DNA of 64,000 nucleotides from Lama glama (lineage: Eukaryota). The stretch covers positions 20,772,001 through 20,836,000 of the forward strand of contig CM052816.1 in the NCBI GenBank assembly GCA_028534125.1, read 5' to 3'. A program made the translations under genes and the position numbers. Under the pieces are notes generated by a model. The model was given only the letters and a program-made list of their open reading frames with translations. It did not search any database and was not told the origin of the DNA. Below are positions 24,981-39,570 of the stretch, piece by piece (the stretch's first letter is position 1; each line of letters starts with the position of its first letter).

Positions 24981-26784
24981 TGAGCCTGGTGCTCATCCAC
25001 ATCACACACACAACATCCTGACTGGCAGCCTTTCACCACGTGCGCCGCCTGATTTCTTAAATTCCAGTTGCTATATGTGGTGTGCTTCCAGATGTGTTCC
25101 AGGGCTGAGGAGGGAGCATAGGAGGCTGAGAGTTTAAAGTCACTCCTTCCTGCAGTGGCCACTTCCGCACACTGAGCCCAAGGGGAGGCCAGGGAGGATG
25201 GATGGGTTTCTGGCCTCCATAAGCTCACAATCAAATGACGGAGATGGCGGTGTGAACAGGCAGCTGCCAAATAGGTACTGCTAGAAGGATCTGCAGGGAG
25301 CGCTGGAGCATTGAGAGCGGCCCCTCCAGACCTGAGGAGGGCAGAGTCAGAGAAGGCTCCTGGGGCTCAGTTGTGAAGAACAAGTGGGAATGGGTGATGG
25401 GTTTCCAGAGGAAATGCCATGAACACGGAGAACAGAGACATAAAACATCACATCACGTTCGGGGAACCACAAGTACTGTGTATGCCAGGAAGGACGAATG
25501 GATGTGGGAAGGGCCTAAGACTTAGGAGGGTCAGGGCTGCGGAGTTCTGACGGAAAGCACTGAAGGAGTTCAAGTGCAGGACGCCCCGGCCAGGGTGCTT
25601 TGGAACGTGTGCAGGGCCTCAGTGAGGGCAGTGATCAGAAGGGCTGCACTGGATGCACAGAAGTTGAGGAAGAGGCTGTGGAAATTATCCAGGTGAGGGA
25701 GGCTGGGGACCTGGGTTAAGCCAGTGGCAGTGAGATGGGGGAACTGAGTAGATTTTAGAGCTTAGAGACCCCAGGGAACAGGAGAGAACATGAACATGTG
25801 AACCCCCCCGAGCGTCAAAGCTGCTGTGAACAAAGAGAGGCCAAGTAGAAAGTGGCACCCTGACACGTGGCGGGCAGAGGCAGGGGCAGGGGAAACGATT
25901 GCGGGTAGCAGGTGCAGGAACGCCCCCTAGCCCTCAAGACCCAGCTGGCAGGAGGCGTCCCCGGCTGGGCCTTCCCACCCCACCCATGGCTCTGTGCCTC
26001 CCACTGGTATCCCCTTGGCCTTGTGTTGGTGGTTTCTTGCACGAGGTCTGGCCTCTTCTGCTAATCCCTAGCTACTTGAGGATAGAACTATGGCATTAAT
26101 CGGAGGGTCACTTAGAAGTCCCCCATGCCCTCTCCTTGAGGACACACAGTGAATAAACTGGGGAACAGTGATGGGCTTGGCGCTCATGGAGCAAGTGGGT
26201 CTGGCCCAGGCAAGTTCCAAAAAGTTTGTTGCCATTGCTATGCTGGCTATTGGTGTATCTTGGGCTGTTGGCATTTCTCACATTTGTAACTTGGGAACAG
26301 CTCTTTTCCAGGCTACTTAATTTGAATTAATTATTTTCTAGAAGTGTTACCTGTGATGAGTTTTCCATGTGAGAGCCATGAAACCATCCAGAGAGAGTAC
26401 TCCTAGTTCATTTCTAGCAGTTAGGTTTGAAAAATTGCACCCCAGCACATTGGCACTAATATCTCATATATGTGCAATAATCTAACAGGTAGCCTGCAGG
26501 GGAAGTCTCTCAAATCCTAACCAGGGCTCAGTTTTCTGAAGAAGTTAGAACAAGACACAGTAGGAGGGGTCCTGAAGGCATTTCAGGCAACCCAAGACCA
26601 CCATTAGCTGTGGGACAGTCCCAGCAACAGTGTTCTCATCTAGAAAATGCCCAGACACCTCACAGGAAGGTGAACTAACCCTCTTTTTAAAGTGCTGAGT
26701 GAGTAGGAGGTTGGAGCATCTCCAGCCTCTCTGCTGGACTAGATGTCCACTTTGTCCAGCGTGAAGCAGCAGGATTAACAGGTA

Positions 26785-26945
26785 AGGGGACAGGCTTTAG
26801 AACTAAGATCTGTGCAGGTAGGTGCAGATCCCACTGCCGTCACTCAGCAGGCTGAGTGGCTTCAGAACAGTTACTCAACCCCTCTAAGCCTCCATTTTCC
26901 CACATGCAGATTGGGGTTATTGTGAGGATGAGACGTGATGATAGA
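26785..26945 (+). mobile_element. MIR SINE
   Basis: AGTTACTCAACCCCTCTAAGCCTCCATTTTCCCACATGCAGATTGGG...GTTATTGTGAGGATGAGA matches the MIR core and tail. Confidence 0.65.
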
Positions 26946-27416
26946 GAGTGGCCAGTGGAACAGGAGAAGGACTCAGTGAGGATGATGAGTTGTGTAGGAG
27001 AAGAATCAAAGATGCTTTGAACTTGGCTGACCAGATGCTGATGGGGACCCAGAAGGAAGAGCAGGGATGGAGGTGAGGAACAAGTCAGGTGTGGGTGTTG
27101 AGTATGAGATGACTATAAGAGGACCACATGGGAACTGGAAATGGTGGTTCTGAGCTAAAGCAAAGATCTGGGAACCATTAACCTGCAAGCACCAGCTAAA
27201 GCTAGGATGGCAGAAAGGTGGGTGTGAGTGATTTGAGTTGAGCACTAGCACAACCCTGAGGATTATCAGCAGTGAAGGGGCAGAAAGACCAAGGTGAACC
27301 ACAAAGACTGAGACAGCGACAGGCCAGAGTCAGAATGACAAACATGAGAATGTATATCATGGAAGACAAGGGAAAAGAAGGCCCCCTTTGCACTCATTTT
27401 TTGTTCAAAAAATATC

Positions 27417-27964
27417 TTTTTTTTACATATATGTACTGTTCATTGTTTCTAAGAACAGTTTAGAGCTTTAGCTTTTTAAATTTACATAGTTAGCAAAGGG
27501 ATAAAGCCAACCACAAAATAAGAATCAACAGAATGTGGTAATCCAGTCATAAAGGACAGTCAGCTGTGCTTACACATATTGAAGAAATCAATCATCTAAG
27601 TTACAAATAAAAAGTAGTTCATTTGTGTCTTTTTTAGATTCCACTTACAAGTGATATCATACGGCATTTTTCTTTCTCTTTCTGGCTTACTTCACCTAGA
27701 ATGACAATCTCCAGGTCCATCCATGTTGCTTCAAATGGCATTATTTTATGGCTGAGTAGTATTCCATTGTGTGTATGTGTATAGACCACATCTTCTTTGT
27801 CCTGTCATCTGTTGATTGACATTTGAGTTGTTTCCATGTCCTGGCTATCCTATATAGTGCTGCTGTGAACATTAGGGTGCATGTGTCTTTTTGAATTATA
27901 TTCTTCTAAGGATATATGCCCAGGAGTGAGATTGTTGGATCATACAGTAAGTCTATTTTTAGTG
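27417..27964 (-). mobile_element. L1 3' fragment with atypical 3' tail (copy 1)
   Basis: Poly(T) at 27417-27424; ~190 bp absent from the other L1 ends in the window; standard L1 sequence from ~27615 (TTTAGATTCCAC...TTTCTGGCTTACTTCAC). Confidence 0.85.
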
Positions 27965-29455
27965 TTTTTCCCCCTTTTACAGTTTTATTAGGTAGAATTA
28001 CTACAGTTTGCACATATGCATTATATTCCATGTAAATGCAACATATACAATATACTGCACTTTGTTTTAGTTTACATAGATGTACTGCTCATTGTTTCTA
28101 AGATTACAGCTTTAGCTCTAGATTTTTAAACTTACATAATTCTCAAAGGAATAAAGCCAACCACAAAATAAGAATCAACATAATGAGGTAATCCAATCAT
28201 AAAGGACAGTCAAATGTGCTTACACATATTATTTGTAACTTAGATGATTGATTTCTTGAATAAGTAGTTCATTTGTGTCATTTTTTTTTAGATTCCACAT
28301 AATATATCATATGGCATTTTTCTTTCTCTTTCTGGCCCAGTTCACTTAGAATGATGATCTTCAGGTCCATCCATATTGCGGCAAAAGTCATTATTTTATT
28401 CTTTTTTATGGCTGAGTAATGTTCCATTTGTATACGTGTATCACATCTTCTTTATCCAGTCATCTATTGATTGACAGTTGAGTTGTTTTGATGGCCAAAC
28501 TATTGTAAATAGTGCTGCTATGAACACTGTGGGGCATGTGTCTTTTTGAATTTTATTTTTCTCTGGATATATCCCCAGGAGTGCTGGATCACATGGTAAG
28601 TCTATTCTCAGTTTTTTTTAGGAGCCTCCATACTGTCCTCCATAGTGGCTGCACCAAACTATACTCCCACCAACGGTGTAGGAGAGTTCCCTATTCTCAG
28701 CACCCTTTACAGCATCTATTGTTCGTGGACTTTTCAATGATGGCCATTTTGCCTGGTGTGAGGTGATACTTCACTGTAGTTTTGATTTGCAGTTTTCTGA
28801 CAATTACTGATGTTGAGCATCTTTACATGTGCTTGTTGGACATCTGGATGTCTTCTCTGGAGAGAGGTTTGTTTAGGTCTTCTGCACATTTTTTAATGGG
28901 CTGCTTGTTTTTCTGATATTAAGGTGTATAAACTGTTAGGATATTTTGGAAATTAGTCCCTTGTTGGTCACATCACTTGCAAATATCTTCTCCCATTCTG
29001 TGGATTCTCTTTTTCTTTTAGTGATGGTATCGTTAGCTGTGCAAAAGCATTTAATGACACCTCGTTGGTTTATTTTAGCTTTTATTTCCATTACTCCATG
29101 AGCTGGTTCAAGAAATTATATTGGTACAATTTATGTCCAAGAGCGTTCTGCCTTTGTTTTCCTCTAGGACTTTCATAATATCTGGTCTTACATTTAAGTA
29201 CTTTATACTACAAGATACAGTAATCAAAACAGTATGGTGGAGGCATTTATGTAGATAAATGGAATAGGATAGAAAGTCCAGAAATAAACCCATTCACTTA
29301 TGGTTAACATAAACAATGGTTGCAAGTATATAAAATGAAGAAAAGACACTTTCTTCAATAACAGTGTGAAAAAAACTGGACAGCTACTGCTAGAAGATTC
29401 TCTAATACCATATACAAAAATAAACTCAAATGGAGTAAAGACTTAAGACGTAAAG
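27965..29455 (-). mobile_element. L1 3' fragment with atypical tail (copy 2) and a 5' inversion (29207-29455 on +)
   Basis: Tail at 27965-28262, antisense L1 to ~29206, then the adjacent upstream ORF2 segment in + orientation (ACAGTAATCAAAACAGTATGG...CCATATACAAAAATAAACTCAAATGG). Confidence 0.85.
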
Positions 29456-29489
29456 GTAAGATCAAGAAATACGTTATTTTTTTCTTTCC

Positions 29490-30850
29490 TGGGTGGATGG
29501 ATGGGGAGGGAGGGAGAGAGAGAAAGAAAAGAAGGCGGGTGGACAGGGATGTAGGTTCATAGATAGATGAACCCAAAGGTGTGTGGCTGGACAAATTGAT
29601 AGGTACGTAAAGAAACAAAAAGATAGGAGGGTGGATAGGTAGGCTCATAGAAAGAGAGAGAGACAAAGAAAGAAAAAAAGAAGTGTGGGGAGGTAAGTTT
29701 CTAGATGTATGGATCCAAAGTGTGTGTGCCTGGACAAATGGATAGGTAGGTAAAGAAACAGACAAATAGGATGCATACCTGTGCAGGCAGGCTAAAAGAT
29801 AGATACATAGAGACAGAGACAGAGGGGGAAGGCGAGTGATAAATAGGCGACAGAAAGAAAGGCAGGTAAAAAAAAGAATAGGAGGGTGGGTGATAAGTAA
29901 GTAGGTAGATTGGAAGGAAGGAAGGAGTATAGTGAGGTAGATTTCCATATGTATGGATCCAAAGTGCACGTGCCTGGACGAAAGGATAGGTATGTAAAGA
30001 GATAGATAAATAGGAGGGTGCGTGGCTGCGCAGTCAGGCTAAAAGATAGATACATAGGGGGAAAGCGAGAGGTAGATGGAAGAGAGGGAGGAAGGAAAGG
30101 TGGCTGTGTGGGTGGATAGGGTAGTAGGTTCCTAGATCGATGTATCAAAAGGTGTGTCCCTGGATGAACTGATAGGTAGGTAAGGAAACAGAATAATGGG
30201 TGGGTGGGTGGATAGGTAGGTTGATAATAGGTAGGCTGATAGATCGAAGGAAGGAAGGAAGAGTGAGGTAGGTTTCTAGAGGTATGGATCCAAAGAGTGT
30301 GCCTGGATGAATGGATAGGTAGGTAAAAAGACAGACATAGAGGGAGGGAGATAGCCTGGTAGCTAGCTAGATTGGAAAGGAACGAGAGAGAGAAAGGAAG
30401 GATGGATAGGGAGATAGGTTCCCAGATAGATGGGTCAAAAAGTGGGTGGCTGGGTGGATAGACAGGATATAAGTTAGATTATAGATATATAGGTAGGTAG
30501 GTAGATCGATTGATCAGGAAGGAGAGAGGAAGGGAGGAAGGCAGGAAAATTGGTGGGTGGATAGGGAGTTGGACTGTTAGATCGATTTATCACAGGGTGT
30601 GTGACTGGACCAATCAATAGGTAAAAAGGTAGGTAGATAGATGGGTTGGTGGATGGGGAGGGAGGAAGGGAGAAAGAAACAGAGGGAGGAAGGGAGAGAG
30701 AGGAAAAAAGAGAGAAGGGAAAGGAAGGAAGAGAGAAAGAGAAAGAGAGAGAGAAAGGGAGGGAGGGAAGGAAGGAAAGTTGAGTCTATGGATAGGCAGG
30801 TTCATGGGTTGGCAGATGGACGGATGGAAGGCTTGATAGGAAGGAAGCAA
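29490..30850. repeat. Purine-rich degenerate tandem array (about seven ~60-bp cores separated by GGAA/GATA/GGTA-type simple repeats)
   Basis: Core ...TAGATGTATGGATCCAAAG.GTGTG.CTGGA..AATGGATAGGTAGGTAAAG recurs near 29569, 29711, 29955, 30142, 30286, 30432 and 30587. Confidence 0.85.
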
Positions 30851-30864
30851 GAAATGAACGGAGC

Positions 30865-33342
<2,478 letters not shown>

Positions 33343-33937
33343 TAGGAGAGGTGGTCAGACTTAGGGGGAAGGCGAAGAAGATTCATGTGCATTTCTCATC
33401 AAACATCACCTACTATGTGCCATACTTTGGTCTAGGTGCTTGGAAAACAACCATCAATATGCAAGCCGAACAACTTCTAGTTGGGGAGACAGACCCTCAA
33501 TCAGAAGTTCAGGGCGCTGTAGACAGTCAGAGCTATTTACAGGTTATATAGGACAGAGGAACTGCAGGACTTTGTTAAAGTGGCTCCTCCCTCCAGAGGT
33601 GAACAAATCTGAGATCCGAATGCCAAGTGGGATTCCTGCTCTGGCAGCAGAGGGAAAGGCAGTGGGGCTAGAGTAGAGTGATGAAGGGAAGAGTGGGATG
33701 TGCAAAGTCAGGGTTAAAGAAAGTCCACTGAGATAGCAAGCCACTATGAGTGTTTTTATCAAGAGGGTGACATAATCTGACATTTTGAGAGTCGATCTGC
33801 TGCTCAATTAAGAGCATAATGGAAGATTATGTAGAGATGTGGCCACTGAAATAATCCAGGTAAGAGATGATGACACCAGTGGAGGTGGTGAGAAGTGATC
33901 AGTCTTGATACATTTAAATGTGAGGTCCAAAGGATTT

Positions 33938-34438
33938 TCTGCTGGGTTGAATAATGGCCGCCAAGATGTCCACATCCTAATCCCAAGAACCTATGATGTC
34001 ACCGTGTATGACAAAGGGGACTTTGCAGGTATGATTAAATTTAAATTAAGGATTTTGAAATGGAAGAGTTAACCCTGGATTTTCTGGGTGAGCTTTAATT
34101 GCAAGGCGCAATTATCCTCAAGAGGGGGAGGCAAGAAGAAATGTGACCACAGGAGAAGGAGGCAATATAAGGACTAAATTAAGTTTGTTACAATGCTGGC
34201 TTCGAAGATTGGTGGAAGGGACTGTGAGCCAAGGAGTGCAGCTCTAGAGGCTGGAAGTCAATGAAATGCTTTCTCCCCTAGAACCCCTAGAGGGAGCACC
34301 ACCTTGCAGACATACTGATTTTGCTCGGTGAAACTAATTTTGGACTTCGAGCCTCCAGAACTGTAAGAGAATAAATTTGTGTTGTCTTAAGCCACCAAGT
34401 TGGTGGCAGTGTTACTGGAGCAATATGAAACTAATACA
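33938..34438 (+). mobile_element. MaLR solo LTR (MLT1C/D-like)
   Basis: GAATAATGGCCGCCAAGATGTCCACATCCTAATCCC start; CCTCCAGAACTGTAAGAGAATAAATTTGTGTTG..AAGCCAC...AAACTAATACA end. Confidence 0.85.
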
Positions 34439-34439
34439 C

Positions 34440-36900
34440 TATAATAGAGACTTTGAGCAAGACGGGGGGGTACAGGTCATGAAACAGAGGGGAGAATTAG
34501 GAATTCAGTTTTGGATCTGTTAAGTTTAAGCTGCTCTAGAATATAGTTAAGTAGAGGTGTCAAGGAAGCAATTGGATAAAAGGGTCTGTTGTCAAAGGAG
34601 AGGTCTAGGCTGGAGACATCAGCTTGGGTATCGTGGCCATATGAACTGTGTTAAACCCAGAGAACTGGAGAAAATCGCTGATAGCATAGAGGTCAAGGGT
34701 GGAGCCCTGAAGTACTCCTGATAAAGATCAGGGATGAGAGAGGAAGCCAACAAAGGGGACCAGGAAAGAGTAGCCTGAAAGGTAGAAAGAAAGTGAGGAA
34801 AGGGTGGTATTCCAGAAGCCCAAAAAAGAGCGTTTTAAGGGAGAGTTCATGGCCAGTGGCGTCATATGTTGCTGACGGCATTTGTATGTTATGAAGATTG
34901 AGAACTAACCTTTGGATTTGGTGCCACATGGATCCCCTTGGCAGGAACAGGTAGGATGATAATGGCAGAACGCGAGCTTGCAGGAGTGGATTCAAGTTCG
35001 AGTCGTAAGGGAAGGAGCGGAGATAGTGAATACAGCCAGCCATTTTGAAGGGTTTTGCTGTAAATGTGAGTAAAAGTAGACAAATGAGGCATTAGCTGGA
35101 AGAGAATGCAAAAAACTTTTAAAGAAGGTGACATTACAGCATTTGCATGCTAACGGGGAAAACTGCTCCCACAACTCTCCCCTTTCTTCTGCGTCACCAC
35201 AGCAGGCAGGTGTCCGTGGGATCCAGGGCATGCAGGTGGCGATGCTAGTCTTGGACGGAAAGCACATTCTTTTGTCATAACAGAAGGAAATGGAAAGTAT
35301 TCAGGCACAGGTGCAAATATGTGATACAGTTGGTGATAGGTGGATGACCTTCTCTTCTGGTTGTCTCTGTTTTCTCAGTGAAGAAAGAAGGAGAATTATC
35401 ACTAAGGCTGGAGGTCTGAGGAAAGAGCTGAAATTGTATGTGAGGTGGAACTGACCAGGAGAATGAGGCAGGACTGGGGGGGCCATAGTGAAGGCCCACT
35501 TAAGGATCGTGTGTGCAAATTTAAAGTCAGACCAGTGAGCAGGGTTTTGAGAATTATATTAATGTTTATCGATTTATGTTAATCCTATAGTTTTGTTAAT
35601 GTTTATTTTTTACTGAAGTATAGCTGCTGTATACCTGAAACACTGTGAATCAAAGTGATTCAGTTACACATATGTATTCTCGTTTAGCTTTTCAGTCTCC
35701 TTCTCTACACTAGCTCAGAATGAGAATATGAAATATGATTGGAGAAAGTCAAGCAGAAAGGAGAGAGAATGCCTGAACTCCAGACTTAAGGGAAGTTTGG
35801 GAAGAGGGCAGACAAATGGGGTAGCTGGAGGAGAATGTGTAATCAAGGTTTTTAAGAGAGAGAGACAACAAAATATTAGTGACAGTGTCAAGGTGGTTAT
35901 CATTACTGGTGGGCTAAGAAGCTCTGGGTAGATGAAGACAGTGCCAGACTGCAGGCTTTGGTAAATGAAGAGAAGCTGGCAGATGATAGAAACAAGGAGG
36001 AGTAGCTGGAGGCAGGAACAAAGGACCTGGGGTATGTGAAGCATAGGAAAACAGATACACCATCTGCTTGGGGCTTCAGGGCACAGGAAGTTTTAAGTAG
36101 AGCAGGAAAGTAAAAGGAGACTTCAAAAGTGGTGATGACTGGAGAAGAAATATATTTCAGCAGAGGTGGGCAAAATCAAGAGTTCTTTTTTGTGTGTATG
36201 TTGAGGTCATCAACAGAGGAATGAATTCTAAAGTTATCAGAGTATAGTGGATTATTTGAAACTATAGCTATACATTCAATGAGCTCACTTAGGGAAAGGA
36301 TGTAGACAGAAGGAGGTCAGAGATGAAGACGTGGCACAAGCCAACATTTAGAAGTAGCTAGATGTCAGGATGAGGAAGAGAAGCCAGAGAGGTGGGAGGC
36401 TGAGTGAAGAAAACACTTCTAGAAGGGAATAGTTAACCATGTGGAATCTTGCTGAAATGTCAAGAGAAGGATCACAAAGTGATCTGTGAATTTGCCATGA
36501 AGCTCAAAAACAGTTCAGTGAAGCAATGAAGAAAAAGTGGACTCAGAGACTCCACAGACATTTCTTTAGAGAATTTTTAACCAATAGGACAGAGATGATA
36601 GCTCCCCACCCCCAACCCAGACAGGCTAGACTATGGTGGATTAAAACTGAAATTTCAGAACTTGTATTGACAAAGTGTAAGTTATGGTGGCTGCATTGGG
36701 GAGGAAGAAAATATCATTGAAACCAAGAAGGAACTGAGAAAGCAGGGATTTGAATGAAGTCACCAAACTTGGGGACAGAGAAAGTGTCAGAGAAGGCAGT
36801 GTCTTGATGAAGAAAGGGAGTGCTTAAGAGACTGGCCAATGCCAGAAAGGGCAGGGGTCATAGTCAGAGGATGTGTATCATGAAACAGAGGTTTAGAACT
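34440..36900 (-). mobile_element. LINE-2 fragments (ancient, patchy)
   Basis: GGAATTCAGTTTTGGATCTGTTAAGTTTAAG, GAGAGGTCTAGGCTGGAGA and AAGATTGAGAACTAACCTTTGGATTTGG are typical of antisense L2; boundaries approximate. Confidence 0.55.
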
Positions 36901-37432
36901 TATAATACTATATTATGAGAAGGAGAAAACATTTCCATTTGACCAGGCCACTGGGGAAGCTCTGTCCCCGGGAGACAGCAGAATGTGAGTTACAGTAGTA
37001 GGAAAAGACTACCTTGTGCTGCAGTCAGAGTCCTAGGGGCTCCAGGTGAAGGATGTACCAGGCAGCATCTGCGCCAAGTTATGAGACAGGTATTAATGGG
37101 TATCTCAAAGTCAGATGGCCCCGTGGGAGGAGCTGGGGAACGCTGAGAGGTCAAGAGGCCCCAAAGGCTTCCAGGAGAGGTGATAGGAGGGTCCTGAAAC
37201 TGATTCTTGAGTGGAAAATGGAAAGCCTCTGTGTTGAGGCTTTTGCCAAGATGATCTGGTTCCCCTTTAAGTAAAATGTACAAAAAGTTTTTAAAAGGGA
37301 GAACATTATTGACAACCAACTTTATGCCTCTGAAGACAAACCCACAAGGGTTTTGCCCTGGGTTCCCAAACAGGCTCATTGCCAAAGCTGCTAAGCTGGC
37401 TTTCCACTCACCCAAGAGTGGCCCAGAAATGA

Positions 37433-37594
<162 letters not shown>

Positions 37595-39454
37595 TGAGCA
37601 CATGGAAGCCACCTGCAGGAAAGGACTCTCTCCCTGTCTGACAGATGTCTCCTGCTTCCCTAGGTGGCTAATCACATTTATCTAATATATGTCCATGGAG
37701 GCTGAGGAGATAGTAGAAAACACCTCAGGACAATACCCTTTGGAGCAGTTAATCAGCCAGGTCTGCTGTCCAAGACAAAAATACTGATGATGGATAGGAT
37801 TCTGATGTCATGACAACCAGAATGTGGCTCTTGGCCCCCACCCACCTGCACCACCTGTCTCTCCTGAGCCAGGAGCTCCTGGGGCCAAGCAGGAATGAGC
37901 CTCTGGACTCCAAGCAGTGAGAAAGGAGCCAGGGCTTTCCTCACCTTGGGCCGTGTGGGCTGGGGGACAGTGTCACAGCAAGCGCTGGCTAGTAAGGAAG
38001 GAGAAAGCAGCCAGTATGTTCACACGTTACTACTGAGAGCTCCCGGTGTGCTCGGGTACAGGGAAGGTTAATAACTGGCCCTGGTCCAACCCTCAGCATA
38101 CATTCAGCCACTGCACTGTGCTGCCTCCTGGGAAGAGCTTGGGCCCAGGAGGCCTCGGGGATTCCCTCCTCCACCAGTCGGGGAAGGTCAACACCAACCC
38201 GGCGTTCAGTGTGCCTGGCTCAGCCTTTCTCATCAGGGGTACATAAGACGAGGAAGCCCTACAAAAAGTGCTTTGAATGCTTGTTTCCTTAACTCTCCCA
38301 AAGATGGTGCATAGAACTGTTCTAGAGGCACAGGAGAGGTGTTAATTCATTGCATACGATGGATACCTCGGGATTGTAGGCTTATATTCTCTCCCAGAAC
38401 CTCAGATGAGAAGGGCTGCAAATGGAGCCAAGTTCACCCTGTTCCCAAGATTGGTAAGAGGTCAGGGACACACAGTCTCCAGAAGCTTCCTCCCAGGGAC
38501 TGGCCATCTGCCTTGCCTACCTGTGCTGGGCCAGGGGAAGGACACTCTTTCACCACCTGTAAACTGAGACTGTTGCTGCTCTGCGGACACCATCAACCTG
38601 TCCTGGGCCCCAGCGAGCTGATGACAGCTAACAGCAACTCACTGAGAGGACTCAGGGGCCAGAATAAAGGTCTCTCAGAACAGAATATAAGCCTGGAAAT
38701 TTAGTCTGGTAACTGTAAGAAAGCATATAAGAAAATTCGAGAGGAGGGACTACTAAAAAAAGTTTTCCAGAACTAAAAATTAACAAAAATGATTTCCTAA
38801 TTTAAAACTGCAGTAGATGAGTTGAAAAGGCATGGTTCCTACTGAGACTCAAAATAGTAGCCTGAAAGATAAAGAGCAAGAAAATCTCTCAAGTCACAGA
38901 ACAAATATATATGAAAAGACTGAGATGTGAAGTCTCAAAAGGAGTTTCAAAGTCCAAAGAAATTTAGAAAGAGAAATGGTAACAGCTGGAATGGAGTCAA
39001 ACATTAAATAAATTGGGAATAAAACTTCCAAGTTGAAAAAGTTTATCACATAGATTGAAAGGGATCTACAAGTTCCCAACTAAATCGATGAGGAACACCA
39101 CATTTCTGCTCTTCTTGCTAAAACTCTGGACTTCCAGGAATAGGTGTGAAAATACTAGAAATTTCAAGGCAGAAAGAACAAATCACCTGTAAAAGAAAGA
39201 ACCGCCAGGTTGGCATTGGACTTCCCACCTGCAACAGCAGCTCCGAGACCACAGGATCACATATCCATGTTACTAAGATAAAAGGGCTGATCGCCAAGGT
39301 ATCATTTACCTTTCAGGACAGAAGAAAGGCCTGAGGATGTGCAAGAATTCAGAGAGTGTATCATGGAAGATACCAGAAAAACATCAGATGAACCAGATCA
39401 GAGACATCAAGATGGAGAACACTAAGAGGAGACAGCCCTAAGTAATAAACCTAG

Positions 39455-39570
39455 AGAGGAAGGTCCAAAATTAAAATACGATTGATGAGGAGAGACTATC
39501 TGGAAGTGCGTAAGAGGAAGGTCCAAAATTAAAATACTATCGATGAGGAGAGACTATCTGGAAGTGTGTA
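39455..39570. repeat. 58-bp tandem duplication (2 copies, 3 mismatches)
   Basis: AGAGGAAGGTCCAAAATTAAAATAC...TGGAAGTG(C/T)GTA at 39455-39512 and 39513-39570. Confidence 0.95.

Noticed and set aside
29490..30650. CRISPR-like repeat-spacer array
   Set aside because: Mammalian intron, degenerate non-palindromic cores, microsatellite spacers of uneven length and no cas genes.
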